A stretch of DNA of 61,144 nucleotides, the filler included. It is 4 parts of 4 records of this genome, joined end to end, with 100 filler letters (N's around TTAATTAATTAA, not from the genome) between each part and the next. Parts side by side here need not be neighbours in the genome. Positions count along the whole stretch, not along the records: positions 1 to 25,521 come from DRR378314_2004; 3 more parts are not named here. The stretch is one strand, 5' to 3'. Both the position numbers and the translations under genes were made by a program. Shown in pieces: positions 1-9,332 of this stretch. The notes below the pieces were generated by a model. It saw only the letters and a program-made list of their open reading frames with translations. It was not told where the DNA came from and searched no databases. The first letter of the stretch is position 1. The number at the start of each line of letters is the position of its first letter.

Positions 1-1908
1 GCCATCGGCCTGGTGGTGGACGACGCCATCATCGTGGTGGAGAACGTCCACCGGCATATCGAGGAAGGTGAATCCCGCTTCCAGGCAGCCATCAGTGGTG
101 CCCGGGAAATGGCCGTTCCCATCATTGCCATGACCACCACCCTGGTGGCGGTGTATGCCCCCATCGGGTTCATGGGCGGGCTGGTAGGCTCTCTGTTCAC
201 CGAGTTTGCCTTTACCCTGGCCGGCGCCGTGGTGATTTCGGGCATCGTTGCGCTGACCCTGTCCCCCATGCTGTCGGGCAAGGTCCTCAAGCCCCACGGC
301 AACCCCGGCCGGTTCGAACAGCTGGTGGAACGCACCTTCAACGGCCTTTCCGGGGCCTACAAGCGTGCATTGAGTTCGCTGATGCAGACCAAATCCGTGG
401 TGGTGTTCTTCGCGGTGGTGGTTCTGGGCTCAATCTATTTCATGGTAATGATGAGCCAGAACGAACTGGCCCCCACAGAGGACCAGGGCATTCTGTTCTA
501 TCAGGGGCTAGGGCCACAGACATCCACCCTGAAGTACCTTCAGGAACACGGTGACGAGATCCAGAACCGCATGTCCACCGTGCCGGGCTATGAAGAAGAC
601 TTCATGATCATCGGCATCACCGGCCCGAACGCCGTTTTCGGCGGTTTCAAGATGGCTCCGTGGAGCGAAAGGGAGATTTCCCAGTTCGACGCCCAACCCG
701 CACTGGACGCAGAGCTGAGCAAGGTGACCGGCCTGCAAACGGCCGTGTTTCCACGCCCGTCCCTGCCCGGTTCCGGGGGTGGCCTGCCCTTCCAGTTCGT
801 GATCACCACGGGTAACAGTTACGAACAGCTGGACCAGGTCGCGGACGAATTGCTGGGTAAGGCCATGGGCAGCGGCAACTTCATGTTCCTGCAGAAGTCC
901 ATCAACTTCGACCGGCCGATCACGCGTATCGAAGTGGACCGCGACCGCGTGGCGGATCTGGGCCTGTCCATGCAGGATATCGGACAGACCTTGTCCAGCA
1001 TGCTCGGTGGTGGCTACATCAACCGTTTCAACATGGAAGGCCGCTCATACCAGGTGATTCCCCAGGTGGACCAGCAATACCGGCTGGATGAACAAAGCCT
1101 GAATGAATACCAGATCCGTGCAGACACCGGTGAACTGGTGCCGCTGGGCAGCGTGGTGAGCTTTACCCACGACGTCGAGCCCTCAAACCGGACCCAGTTC
1201 AACCAGCAGAACTCGCTGACACTGCAGGGCGTTGTGATGCCGGGCGTTGCAGCGGGCACGGCGATGGATTACATGGAGACGACCGCAGCGGAGGTTTTCC
1301 CCCAGGGCTTCAGCTCCGATTACACTGGCCAGAGCCGGCAATTGGCAACCCAGGGCAGCGCCCTGATGGTGACCTTCTTCCTGTCGCTGCTGGTGATTTA
1401 TCTGGTGCTGGCGGCACAGTTCGAGAGCTGGCGTGATCCGTTCATCATCCTGGTGTCGGTGCCCATGTCGGTCGCCGGGGCCATGGCGTTCATCGTGCTC
1501 GGCTTCGCCACCATGAACATCTACACTCAGGTAGGGCTGATCACGCTGATCGGGGTGGTGTCCAAGAACGGCATCCTGATCGTCGAGTTCGCCAACCAGC
1601 TACAGAAGGAGCGTGGACTGAACAAGGTTGATGCCGTGATCGAAGCGGCAGCCATTCGCCTGAGGCCTATCATCATGACGTCACTGGCACTGATTTTCGC
1701 CATGGTGCCACTGCTGATTGCTGTTGGCCCCGGTGCGGAAAGCCGCTTTGCTATTGGCCTGACCATCAGTGCGGGCCTGGGTATCGGCACCCTGTTCACC
1801 GTTTTCGTATTGCCCGCGTTCTACATCCTGCTTGGCCGTGACCACCATGGCTCCACAGAGGATGAACACGGAAACGGTGACAACGGAAACACGGTTCACG
1901 CCCAGTGA
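1..1908 (+). CDS. RND efflux transporter permease subunit (AcrB/MexW-like), 5'-truncated by the window
   Basis: Proton-relay motifs GLVVDDAIIVVENV, KNGILIVEF and RLRPIIMT; many hydrophobic TM segments; frame open from position 1. Confidence 0.93.
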   Translation, partial: AIGLVVDDAIIVVENVHRHIEEGESRFQAAISGAREMAVPIIAMTTTLVAVYAPIGFMGGLVGSLFTEFAFTLAGAVVISGIVALTLSPMLSGKVLKPHGNPGRFEQLVERTFNGLSGAYKRALSSLMQTKSVVVFFAVVVLGSIYFMVMMSQNELAPTEDQGILFYQGLGPQTSTLKYLQEHGDEIQNRMSTVPGYEEDFMIIGITGPNAVFGGFKMAPWSEREISQFDAQPALDAELSKVTGLQTAVFPRPSLPGSGGGLPFQFVITTGNSYEQLDQVADELLGKAMGSGNFMFLQKSINFDRPITRIEVDRDRVADLGLSMQDIGQTLSSMLGGGYINRFNMEGRSYQVIPQVDQQYRLDEQSLNEYQIRADTGELVPLGSVVSFTHDVEPSNRTQFNQQNSLTLQGVVMPGVAAGTAMDYMETTAAEVFPQGFSSDYTGQSRQLATQGSALMVTFFLSLLVIYLVLAAQFESWRDPFIILVSVPMSVAGAMAFIVLGFATMNIYTQVGLITLIGVVSKNGILIVEFANQLQKERGLNKVDAVIEAAAIRLRPIIMTSLALIFAMVPLLIAVGPGAESRFAIGLTISAGLGIGTLFTVFVLPAFYILLGRDHHGSTEDEHGNGDNGNTVHAQ

Positions 1909-2228
1909 CACTCGGAACGCTCTCCTGGCTGTTCCTGGCCGGCTTCGCCACCTGGTATTGGTGGCGGGCCAAAGCCATCAAGGACTTTGTGCTGCAGGCG
2001 GCCAGGAACTACTGCAAGAAAATGGATGTGATGCTGCTGGACGATGCGGTCTATCTCCGCGGCCTGTGGTTCAAGCGAGACGATGGCGGCCGCATCCGGG
2101 TGTGGCGCCGCTTCCTGTTTGACTTCACATCAACGGGCGAGGAGCGCTACCTTGGCCGTATCATCATGCTGGGTCCGCGCATCATCCACATGGAGCTCGA
2201 GCCCCACCGTTTCGGCCCGGACCTCTAG
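1905..2228 (+). CDS. DUF3301-like small membrane-anchored protein
   Basis: 107 aa, N-terminal TM (..ATWYWWR), LLDDAV and FDFTSTGEERY motifs; GTGA overlap with the RND stop codon. Confidence 0.7.
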   Translation: MTLGTLSWLFLAGFATWYWWRAKAIKDFVLQAARNYCKKMDVMLLDDAVYLRGLWFKRDDGGRIRVWRRFLFDFTSTGEERYLGRIIMLGPRIIHMELEPHRFGPDL

Positions 2229-2241
2229 ACTCCGGGCACAT

Positions 2242-2329
2242 CCCCCCTTATACGCGACAGACGCCCTCCCCCAAATGGGCGATTCTTACGCCTGCCTCAA
2301 TCGCAAATAATCCTCCCCGCATTGGCGAC
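2242..2329 (+). promoter_or_regulatory. Three imperfect direct repeats CCCCnnATnnGCGA upstream of the lipase gene (candidate operator)
   Basis: Copies at 2242-2258, 2267-2283 and 2313-2329 in the 151-bp intergenic region. Confidence 0.45.
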
Positions 2330-2379
2330 AAAAAGCCGCCCAACTGGCAGCTTTCTCACAAAAACAACAGGAGTCAACC

Positions 2380-3306
2380 ATGCGTAAACTCATCACTTTC
2401 GCAGTGATCATGAGCTGTGCCGTGCTTGCCGCACCCACACTCAGCCATGCCAGCTACACAAAAACAAAGCATCCCATCGTACTGGTCCACGGTGTTACCG
2501 GTTTCAATACCATCGGTGGCCTGATCAACTATTTTCACAACGTTCCCTGGAATCTGGAACGCAGTGGAGCCCGGGTCTATTCGGCCAGCGTTTCCTTCGT
2601 CAACAGCAGCGAACAGCGCGGCCAGCAACTTGCCAACTATATCAATGGTCTCGGCCAGTCCAAGGTCAACATCATGGCTCATAGCCAGGGTGCTCCCACC
2701 TCCCGCGTGACCGCCTCCTTGATTCCCCATAAAATCGCCTCAATCACGTCGATCAATGGCGTCAACAAAGGCTCAAAGGTTGCGGACGTGGCGCGGGGAA
2801 TCATCCCTCCCGGCAGTTATGTGGAAGGTGGTGCAGGCGCGATTGCCAACGCTCTCGGGGATCTTGTCAACGCCCTCTCTGGCTCTGACAACCCTCAGGA
2901 TGGCATCGCGGCTCTGGAAACCCTGACAACCCCGGGCACTACGCAGTTGAACAACGCCCTCGGCTGGAAAGGAGTCAATCGATGGTCCTGCGCCGGCACC
3001 AACGAAGACGTGTGGATCAACGGCAACCGGATCAAGTTCTTCTCCTGGACCGGCACATCCGTCTGGACCAACTGGACCGACGTCACCGACCCCTTCCTGG
3101 GCGTTACCTCTCTGGCCTTCGGCAACGAGCCCAATGATGGTTTGGTCGGCGAGTGTTCCACCAAAATGGGCAACGTGATTGGCACCCATTACGACATGAA
3201 CCACGTCGACGCCATCAATCATCTCTTCGGCGCCCGCTCGTGGCGGACCAATCCGGTTTCTCTCTATCGCAGCCATGCCAACCGCCTGAAGAATCGCGGG
3301 TTGTAA
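2380..3306 (+). CDS. lipA: Secreted triacylglycerol lipase, family I.1-like alpha/beta hydrolase
   Basis: Signal peptide; TKHPIVLVHGVTGF oxyanion region; AHSQG nucleophile; NDGLV (Asp) and NHVDAINH (His); RBS CAGGAG; foldase gene follows. Confidence 0.9.
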   Translation: MRKLITFAVIMSCAVLAAPTLSHASYTKTKHPIVLVHGVTGFNTIGGLINYFHNVPWNLERSGARVYSASVSFVNSSEQRGQQLANYINGLGQSKVNIMAHSQGAPTSRVTASLIPHKIASITSINGVNKGSKVADVARGIIPPGSYVEGGAGAIANALGDLVNALSGSDNPQDGIAALETLTTPGTTQLNNALGWKGVNRWSCAGTNEDVWINGNRIKFFSWTGTSVWTNWTDVTDPFLGVTSLAFGNEPNDGLVGECSTKMGNVIGTHYDMNHVDAINHLFGARSWRTNPVSLYRSHANRLKNRGL

Positions 3307-3386
3307 CACTCGCATTTGCGAGTCTGAACCGTCGCCGGGCGCCTTGCTGATGCGCGCACGGCGGCGACAGTTGCCAAGGCAGGACA

Positions 3387-4487
3387 ATGGCTATGAACAA
3401 TCGCAAGAAACTGAACAAAAACGCCTTTCTTCCCCTGATCGTGGCCGTTCCGGTGGTGGTCGCCTGCGCGTGGTTCCTGCAGGCAGACAAGCCCGACGGC
3501 GAAACCACGGCACAGGTGGCGAGCCCACCTACCATGGCGACAAGCCAGCCAGAGCCCCGGATTGCGGAAGCATCAGTTGCCGTTAGTGAGCCGTCGCCCC
3601 TCCCTTACCAGACACCGGAAAGCCTGGGGGACGCCCCCTTCGCCAGCTCCCTTGCGGGAACAGACATCGACGGCAGCTTACGAGCCGATGCCAGCGGCCA
3701 GTTGATCGTTGATCTGAAAACCCGTGACTTCTTCGATTACTTCCTGAACACCATCGGCGAAGTATCGGCCGAGCAGGCACTGGGCCAGATCGAAACCCTG
3801 GCACGACAAAGCCTGCCGGAAACCGCCGCCCGTGAGGCCATCGCCCTGCTCAACCGGTACCTGGAATATAAGGAGGCGTCACTCGCACTGGGTAACCAGG
3901 GCCTCGACCCCACCCGGCAGCATGATCCCGCGTACCAGTTGGAAATGCTCAAGGGTGCACTGGCCGACATGAAACAGTTGCGCAGACGCATGTTCGCGGC
4001 CGACACCCACGAGGCCTTCTTCGGGCTGGAGGAAGCCTACGGTGACTATACCCTCGCCAGTCTTGATATCCAGCAACGTACCGACCTGTCCCCCGAGGCG
4101 AAAAACACCCTGGTTGAATGGCACCGGCAGCAGCTGCCGGAAGTGATCCGCCGCACTGAATCGCGCATGATCGAGGAGAGCAGCAACCTGGGGGCGAGAC
4201 AACAGGCGCTGTCCAAGGCAACGTCTCCGTCCGATGCCGGGCGCCGGCTCCGGGAGCTGGGTGTTGATGACGCCCAGGCCAGCGAGGTGGTGGCCTACAT
4301 GGAGGAACGGGAACAGTTCAATAGTCACTATCAGAAGTTCCAGCAGGCACTGGCGAGCCTTGACACCTCAGGGTTGGCGGAAGAGGACAGCGCCGCGCAG
4401 AAAAGCCGGTTGCTGAACCAGTACTTCGACAGCGAACAGACCCGCACCTGGGCCCGACTGCGGGCATTGGAGTCGCAATCACCGTAG
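3387..4487 (+). CDS. lifO: Lipase-specific foldase (lipase secretion chaperone)
   Basis: N-terminal membrane anchor; SLAGTDIDG and RDFFDYFL (RxxFDYFL) foldase motifs; directly downstream of the lipase. Confidence 0.9.
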   Translation: MAMNNRKKLNKNAFLPLIVAVPVVVACAWFLQADKPDGETTAQVASPPTMATSQPEPRIAEASVAVSEPSPLPYQTPESLGDAPFASSLAGTDIDGSLRADASGQLIVDLKTRDFFDYFLNTIGEVSAEQALGQIETLARQSLPETAAREAIALLNRYLEYKEASLALGNQGLDPTRQHDPAYQLEMLKGALADMKQLRRRMFAADTHEAFFGLEEAYGDYTLASLDIQQRTDLSPEAKNTLVEWHRQQLPEVIRRTESRMIEESSNLGARQQALSKATSPSDAGRRLRELGVDDAQASEVVAYMEEREQFNSHYQKFQQALASLDTSGLAEEDSAAQKSRLLNQYFDSEQTRTWARLRALESQSP

Positions 4488-4560
4488 TGTGTTCCAGTGC
4501 CATTCCTGATGACACGACGGGCGTAAACTGGAGGGAACAACAATAAACGGACCGTCCTCA

Positions 4561-6339
4561 ATGAACCTTTCCCAGCTCCGGGAACAGCAAGCCCATGGGT
4601 TTCGGCAACTGCGCTTCGAGCCCTCGCTGGAAACCCACTACCGCCGTGTCAGGAACGAGGGCATACGGTCACGCGCACGACCGGTGTCGGCCAGTGCACT
4701 GGCGCTGTTCCTGGTCTATACCCTGCTGGATTCCCTGATGCTTCCGGCCGCCATCGCACAAGACACCATGGCCGTGCGGCTGATGATTACATGCCCGGTG
4801 ATCATCGGCGTGTGGTGGTTATCCTATCGGGACATTCGCGATGATGTGTTCGTAAACATCTATGCACTCGCCTATCTGGTCGGCGGCCTCAGCGTGGTGG
4901 GCATTATCGGGCTGGCCCGTCTGGACAACCACCCATTGCCCTATGAAGGCATCCTGTTGATGCTGATGTTCGGCTACTTCGTGATGGGCATTCCCTTTCG
5001 TACCGTCTCCAGCGCGTCTCTCGTGGTGATCGTTGCCTACCTGTGGGTCGAGTACGCCACTGGCACCGCCGCGCAACAGCTGATGGTCAACGGCTTCTTT
5101 ATCGGCACCGCCAATATCATCGGTATGGTGGGCTCCTGGCTGAGTGAGCACCGACAGCGGGCCCATTTTCTGGACCGTCAGATGCTCAACGCCTCAAAAC
5201 AGCAGGCCGAACGGGAGAATCACCGCAAGACCCGACTGATCACCGTCGCCAGCCACGACCTTCGCCAGCCTCTGAACGTGATCAGCCTCATCCTGGAAAA
5301 TCTCACCGCCGACGGTCTGCCGGGTGAACAACAGGCGCTGGTGACACGGCTGAAATCCTCAGTGACCCATTTCAACGGTCTGCTGGCATCGGTGCTGGAT
5401 ATCTCCCGCATACAGGAGGGCATGATTACACCGGAGCCCGCGAGGCTCTGTGCGTGGCAGGTCATACAACAGGTCGCTGATACCTGCGGCGAAAACGCTC
5501 AACCCGCGCGCGCCCGGGTTATCACCCACAGACCGGCCACCGGCACCGGTGTCATTGCCGACCCCCAGTTACTGCACCGCGTGCTCCAGAATCTGGTGAC
5601 CAACGCTCTGGAACACAGCGACGCAACCCGGATTGATATTCGGGCGACCCAGAACAACGGACAACTCTGCTTCGAAGTCCAGGATAATGGCCGGGGCATT
5701 GATGACAGCACCCTCTTGAAGATCTTCACCCCGTTCTTCCGCAGCGACCAGCGCAGGAGCGATTGCCCCGGTCTGGGACTTGGCCTGGCGATTGTCCACG
5801 AGCTAACGGGCATGATGAAAGGGCATTGCAGCGTGCGTTCACAACCTGGACAGGGGGCGTGTTTCCGGGTTTTTCTGCCCGCCACCATCGCCCCAGAAAC
5901 ACCGGACACCGTGCCCCGGACAGCCGGCACACCCTCCGCAAACGCGCCGTCCCTGCTCGTGGTCGAGGATCATGACGACGCCCGTCACTGGACTTGCGAA
6001 ACACTGGCTTCGTGGGGTTATAGCGTCAGGGGCGTAGCCACAGCGGAACAGGCCATCGCCCGCTGGGTTACATCGTCCAACACCATTCTGGTCAGTGATG
6101 TTCATCTGCCGGCGATGTCCGGTCAGACGCTCTATGATCGGCTTTCCGCTCGCCAGTCGGTCGTCGGAGGCATCCTGATGACCGCCGATACAGCCATTCC
6201 CCAGGGGTACGACCCCGAGCGCCGATTATGGGTGCTACACAAGCCGCTGATACCGATGAGGCTGCGCGCCGCGATCACGCAACTGAACCGGTTGCCAGCT
6301 GATTCTGCTAGAGCAGCCCCAGTGCCCTCGCCTGGGTGA
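4561..6339 (+). CDS. Membrane-bound hybrid sensor histidine kinase / receiver
   Basis: About 5-6 N-terminal TM helices; H-box ASHDLRQPL; N-box QNLVTNA; DNGRG and GLGLGL; C-terminal receiver (VVED, SDVHLP, MTAD, HKP). Confidence 0.92.
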   Translation: MNLSQLREQQAHGFRQLRFEPSLETHYRRVRNEGIRSRARPVSASALALFLVYTLLDSLMLPAAIAQDTMAVRLMITCPVIIGVWWLSYRDIRDDVFVNIYALAYLVGGLSVVGIIGLARLDNHPLPYEGILLMLMFGYFVMGIPFRTVSSASLVVIVAYLWVEYATGTAAQQLMVNGFFIGTANIIGMVGSWLSEHRQRAHFLDRQMLNASKQQAERENHRKTRLITVASHDLRQPLNVISLILENLTADGLPGEQQALVTRLKSSVTHFNGLLASVLDISRIQEGMITPEPARLCAWQVIQQVADTCGENAQPARARVITHRPATGTGVIADPQLLHRVLQNLVTNALEHSDATRIDIRATQNNGQLCFEVQDNGRGIDDSTLLKIFTPFFRSDQRRSDCPGLGLGLAIVHELTGMMKGHCSVRSQPGQGACFRVFLPATIAPETPDTVPRTAGTPSANAPSLLVVEDHDDARHWTCETLASWGYSVRGVATAEQAIARWVTSSNTILVSDVHLPAMSGQTLYDRLSARQSVVGGILMTADTAIPQGYDPERRLWVLHKPLIPMRLRAAITQLNRLPADSARAAPVPSPG

Positions 6340-6970
6340 CGCACTCGGTACGGTTGTGGACACCCAGGTGGGTGAAAATTGCTTTCAGGTGGGTTTTCAC
6401 CGTGTGCTCGGTGAGATCAAGGGCCTGGCAAATCCGTTTGTTGGGCAGGCCGTCCGCCAACAGGGTAAGAACCTCCAACTGACGGGGCGTAAGGTGCTCC
6501 GGGCTCAGGGATGGAAATGGCAGCGACGGATAGAACAATAAGCCATTGCTGACCTGCTGAACCATCCGGATCAATGAGCGGCGGCCAGCGGACTTGGGCA
6601 GAAAGCCCACTGCACCGGCAGAACGTGCTGCCCTTACCGAGGCTTCGTCCTCGCGGCTGGAGATCACCACCACGGAAACCGGAAGCCCGATCTGCTCTAG
6701 CTCGGAAAACAACGACAGACCGGCCTCTCCCTGCAATGTCAGATCCAACAGGACAAGAGAGGTTTCCGGCTGGGATCGGAGATCGTCCACAGCGTCCGCC
6801 ACCGAGGCCACCGTGGCAACCTCCCGGGCCAGGTGTTCCTGTTCCAGAATGGCCGTGATCCCGAACAGGAAGAATGGATGGTCGTCCACGATCAACACGC
6901 GGGCCAGGGGAAGACCGTCGCCGGATGGCCGAGATGCGCGGTCGGCGTTATCAACCGTTCTGGTATCCAT
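6308..6970 (-). CDS. NarL/FixJ (LuxR-type) response regulator
   Basis: Receiver (IVDDHP, LLDL, FLPK) plus HTH LTPRQLEVL..GLPNKRIC..LTEHTVKTH; 3' end overlaps the kinase by 32 bp. Confidence 0.93.
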   Translation of the reverse strand: MDTRTVDNADRASRPSGDGLPLARVLIVDDHPFFLFGITAILEQEHLAREVATVASVADAVDDLRSQPETSLVLLDLTLQGEAGLSLFSELEQIGLPVSVVVISSREDEASVRAARSAGAVGFLPKSAGRRSLIRMVQQVSNGLLFYPSLPFPSLSPEHLTPRQLEVLTLLADGLPNKRICQALDLTEHTVKTHLKAIFTHLGVHNRTECVTQARALGLL

Positions 6971-7153
6971 GGGTTTCTCCGCAAAATGGCTGTTTTTGTT
7001 ACTGCGGTGCGGAATACTATACGGATGAAAACCGGAATCGACCGTCTGCTGTTTAACAGTTTTGAGGCAAGCCCCTCACCAACTGTGCAGCGGCGGGGTG
7101 GAATCGCTATACTGGGGCATGACACTTTCTCACCCGTTTGGATCAACGCACTG

Positions 7154-7894
7154 ATGTCTGGACGTTTTCTGGCACTTCTACTCTCGGTGCTAATGCCCGT
7201 TATTGCCCATGCTGATCGCCCTACGATGACGGTTGTCACGTCGGACTATCCACCCTACCAGTACCTGGAAAACGGCGAGGTAAAAGGCACCCATACGGAA
7301 ACCCTTCGCAAGGTCCTGGCGAGGATGGGCTACGACCCCATTTTCCGGATTGTACCCTGGGCCCGGGCGGAAGCCAGCGCCAGAGCTGGAACCTCCGACC
7401 TCATTTACTCCCTGACGTATTCGCCAAACCGCGCTCGCCACTATCACTTCACCAACCCCATCAGCGAGGCACGCGATGTATTTTTCAGCCTCTCCGACCG
7501 GGGGCTTCAGTGGCAACAGCTGGATGACCTGGCGGGCCTGAGAATTGGGCTGTCCGCGTCCTACAGTTATGCCCCCGAGTTCATGGACTGGCTGGCCGCC
7601 GGCAATGCCCGGGTCATCCAGATCAGCCAGGAGTCGCCGGAACTCACGGGACTGAAAATGACAGCCTATGGCCGTATCGACCTATTCATTTGTGAGGAAA
7701 CCGTCTGCCGCTACCTGATCGACAAACACATTGCCGACCTTCCCGAGCTGGCAGGTGTGTCCGCGATGCCACGATCCGTCGGTGAGGTGCGAGGCTTTCG
7801 GGCGGCATTCTCCCGCGAACTCCCGAAGGGAGAGGCGCTCCGTGACGAATTCAACCAGGTGTTGGCCGAGCTGAAATCCACTGATTCCGACTAG
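7154..7894 (+). CDS. Periplasmic substrate-binding protein (family 3-like)
   Basis: Signal peptide MSGRFLALLLSVLMPVIAHA; DYPPY, VPWARA and GRID motifs; start moved from 6833 to the ATG at 7154. Confidence 0.82.
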   Translation: MSGRFLALLLSVLMPVIAHADRPTMTVVTSDYPPYQYLENGEVKGTHTETLRKVLARMGYDPIFRIVPWARAEASARAGTSDLIYSLTYSPNRARHYHFTNPISEARDVFFSLSDRGLQWQQLDDLAGLRIGLSASYSYAPEFMDWLAAGNARVIQISQESPELTGLKMTAYGRIDLFICEETVCRYLIDKHIADLPELAGVSAMPRSVGEVRGFRAAFSRELPKGEALRDEFNQVLAELKSTDSD

Positions 7895-7987
7895 CGTCTG
7901 CGGCAATCACCTACCCCCCGAAAACACACAGGTGCTGAAAGGTTTCCTATACTGCGGTTTGTACCCCTCAACCAACAGACCGGGACC

Positions 7988-9283
7988 ATGGACATCCAGA
8001 CTGATCACCGCTACGCCATCAACCTGAACGTAAGGGGCATCCAGCCCTCCGCCACCCTCCGAATCAACGAACTCAGTAACCAGCTGCGCGCCGAAGGCCG
8101 GGACATTATCAAACTGGGGCTTGGCCAGTCGCCTTTCCCGGTGCCCGAGCGCGTGGTCGATGCCCTGCGAGAGCATGCCCACGAGAAAGACTACCTCCCG
8201 GTGAAAGGCCTTAAGGCTCTGAGGGAAGCGATTTCGGGCTACATCAACCGCAGTGAGCGTATGCGCTGCACTTGGGAGGACGTGCTGATCGGCCCTGGCT
8301 CCAAGGAGCTCCTGTTCATGCTGCAGCTGGCGTACTACGGCGACTTGCTGATTCCACGCCCAAGCTGGGTGTCCTACGCCCCTCAGGCACGCATTATCGG
8401 CCGTTCAGTACACTGGCTGCCAACGCACGCGGAAAACAACTGGCAGTTGACGGCGGAAGAGCTGGACATCATCTGCCGCGACGATCCGTCACGACCGCGC
8501 ATCCTGATCCTGAACTACCCGTCCAACCCCACCGGGTGCAGCTACACAGACGATCAGTTGCTGGCCATCGCCAACGTCGCCCGCAAGTACAAGCTGATCC
8601 TGCTGTCGGACGAAATCTATGGCGAAGTTCATTTTGAAGGCCGGCACAAATCCATTGCCCGCTATTACCCCGAAGGCACCATCATCAGCACCGGCCTGAG
8701 CAAATGGGCAGGCGCCGGTGGCTGGCGCCTCGGCACCTTTATTTTTCCGCCAGAGCTGCGGCCCCTGCAGGACGCCATGGCGATCATTGCCAGCGAGACC
8801 TACACCGCAACCAGCGCCCCCATTCAGCACGCCGCCATCTCGGCCTTTAGCGGAGGCACGGACCTGGACGAATACCTGAAGCAATCACGTCGCGTCCTCA
8901 AGGTGGTCGGTGAATACCTCCACCGCCGCCTGACGGACATGGGCGCCGTGGTGCAAAAGCCCGAGGGTGCCTTCTATCTGTTCCCGGACTTCTCCGGCTT
9001 CCGCGACGCCCTGGCCCGCCGGGACATCAAGACCAGCCAGGCTCTTTGCCAGTCGCTGCTGGAAGACACAGGGGTGGCCATCCTGCCCGCCAGTGATTTC
9101 GGCTTCGTTCCGGACCATCTGGCGGCACGCCTTGCCTTTGTAGACTTTGATGGCGCCGAAGCCCTGGCGCTGGCCGGAAATGAGTACGCGGCCCAGGAAC
9201 TGGCTGACGACTTCGTCAAACAGGCCTGTCCGCGACTGGTGAAGGCCATGGACAAACTGGAACAGTGGCTCACCGGCCTGTAA
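7988..9283 (+). CDS. PLP-dependent aminotransferase class I/II (aspartate aminotransferase-like)
   Basis: NYPSNPTG, SDEIY, GLSKWAGAGGWRLG (PLP lysine), PEGAFYLF. Confidence 0.9.
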   Translation: MDIQTDHRYAINLNVRGIQPSATLRINELSNQLRAEGRDIIKLGLGQSPFPVPERVVDALREHAHEKDYLPVKGLKALREAISGYINRSERMRCTWEDVLIGPGSKELLFMLQLAYYGDLLIPRPSWVSYAPQARIIGRSVHWLPTHAENNWQLTAEELDIICRDDPSRPRILILNYPSNPTGCSYTDDQLLAIANVARKYKLILLSDEIYGEVHFEGRHKSIARYYPEGTIISTGLSKWAGAGGWRLGTFIFPPELRPLQDAMAIIASETYTATSAPIQHAAISAFSGGTDLDEYLKQSRRVLKVVGEYLHRRLTDMGAVVQKPEGAFYLFPDFSGFRDALARRDIKTSQALCQSLLEDTGVAILPASDFGFVPDHLAARLAFVDFDGAEALALAGNEYAAQELADDFVKQACPRLVKAMDKLEQWLTGL

Positions 9284-9332
9284 CAGGATCATGATAGACT
9301 GGCGCCCTCATTTCAGATCGGAGGGCGCCATC

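Noticed and set aside
6833-7153. 107-aa N-terminal extension of the binding protein
   Set aside because: Overlaps the regulator gene and its promoter; the signal peptide begins at ATG 7154
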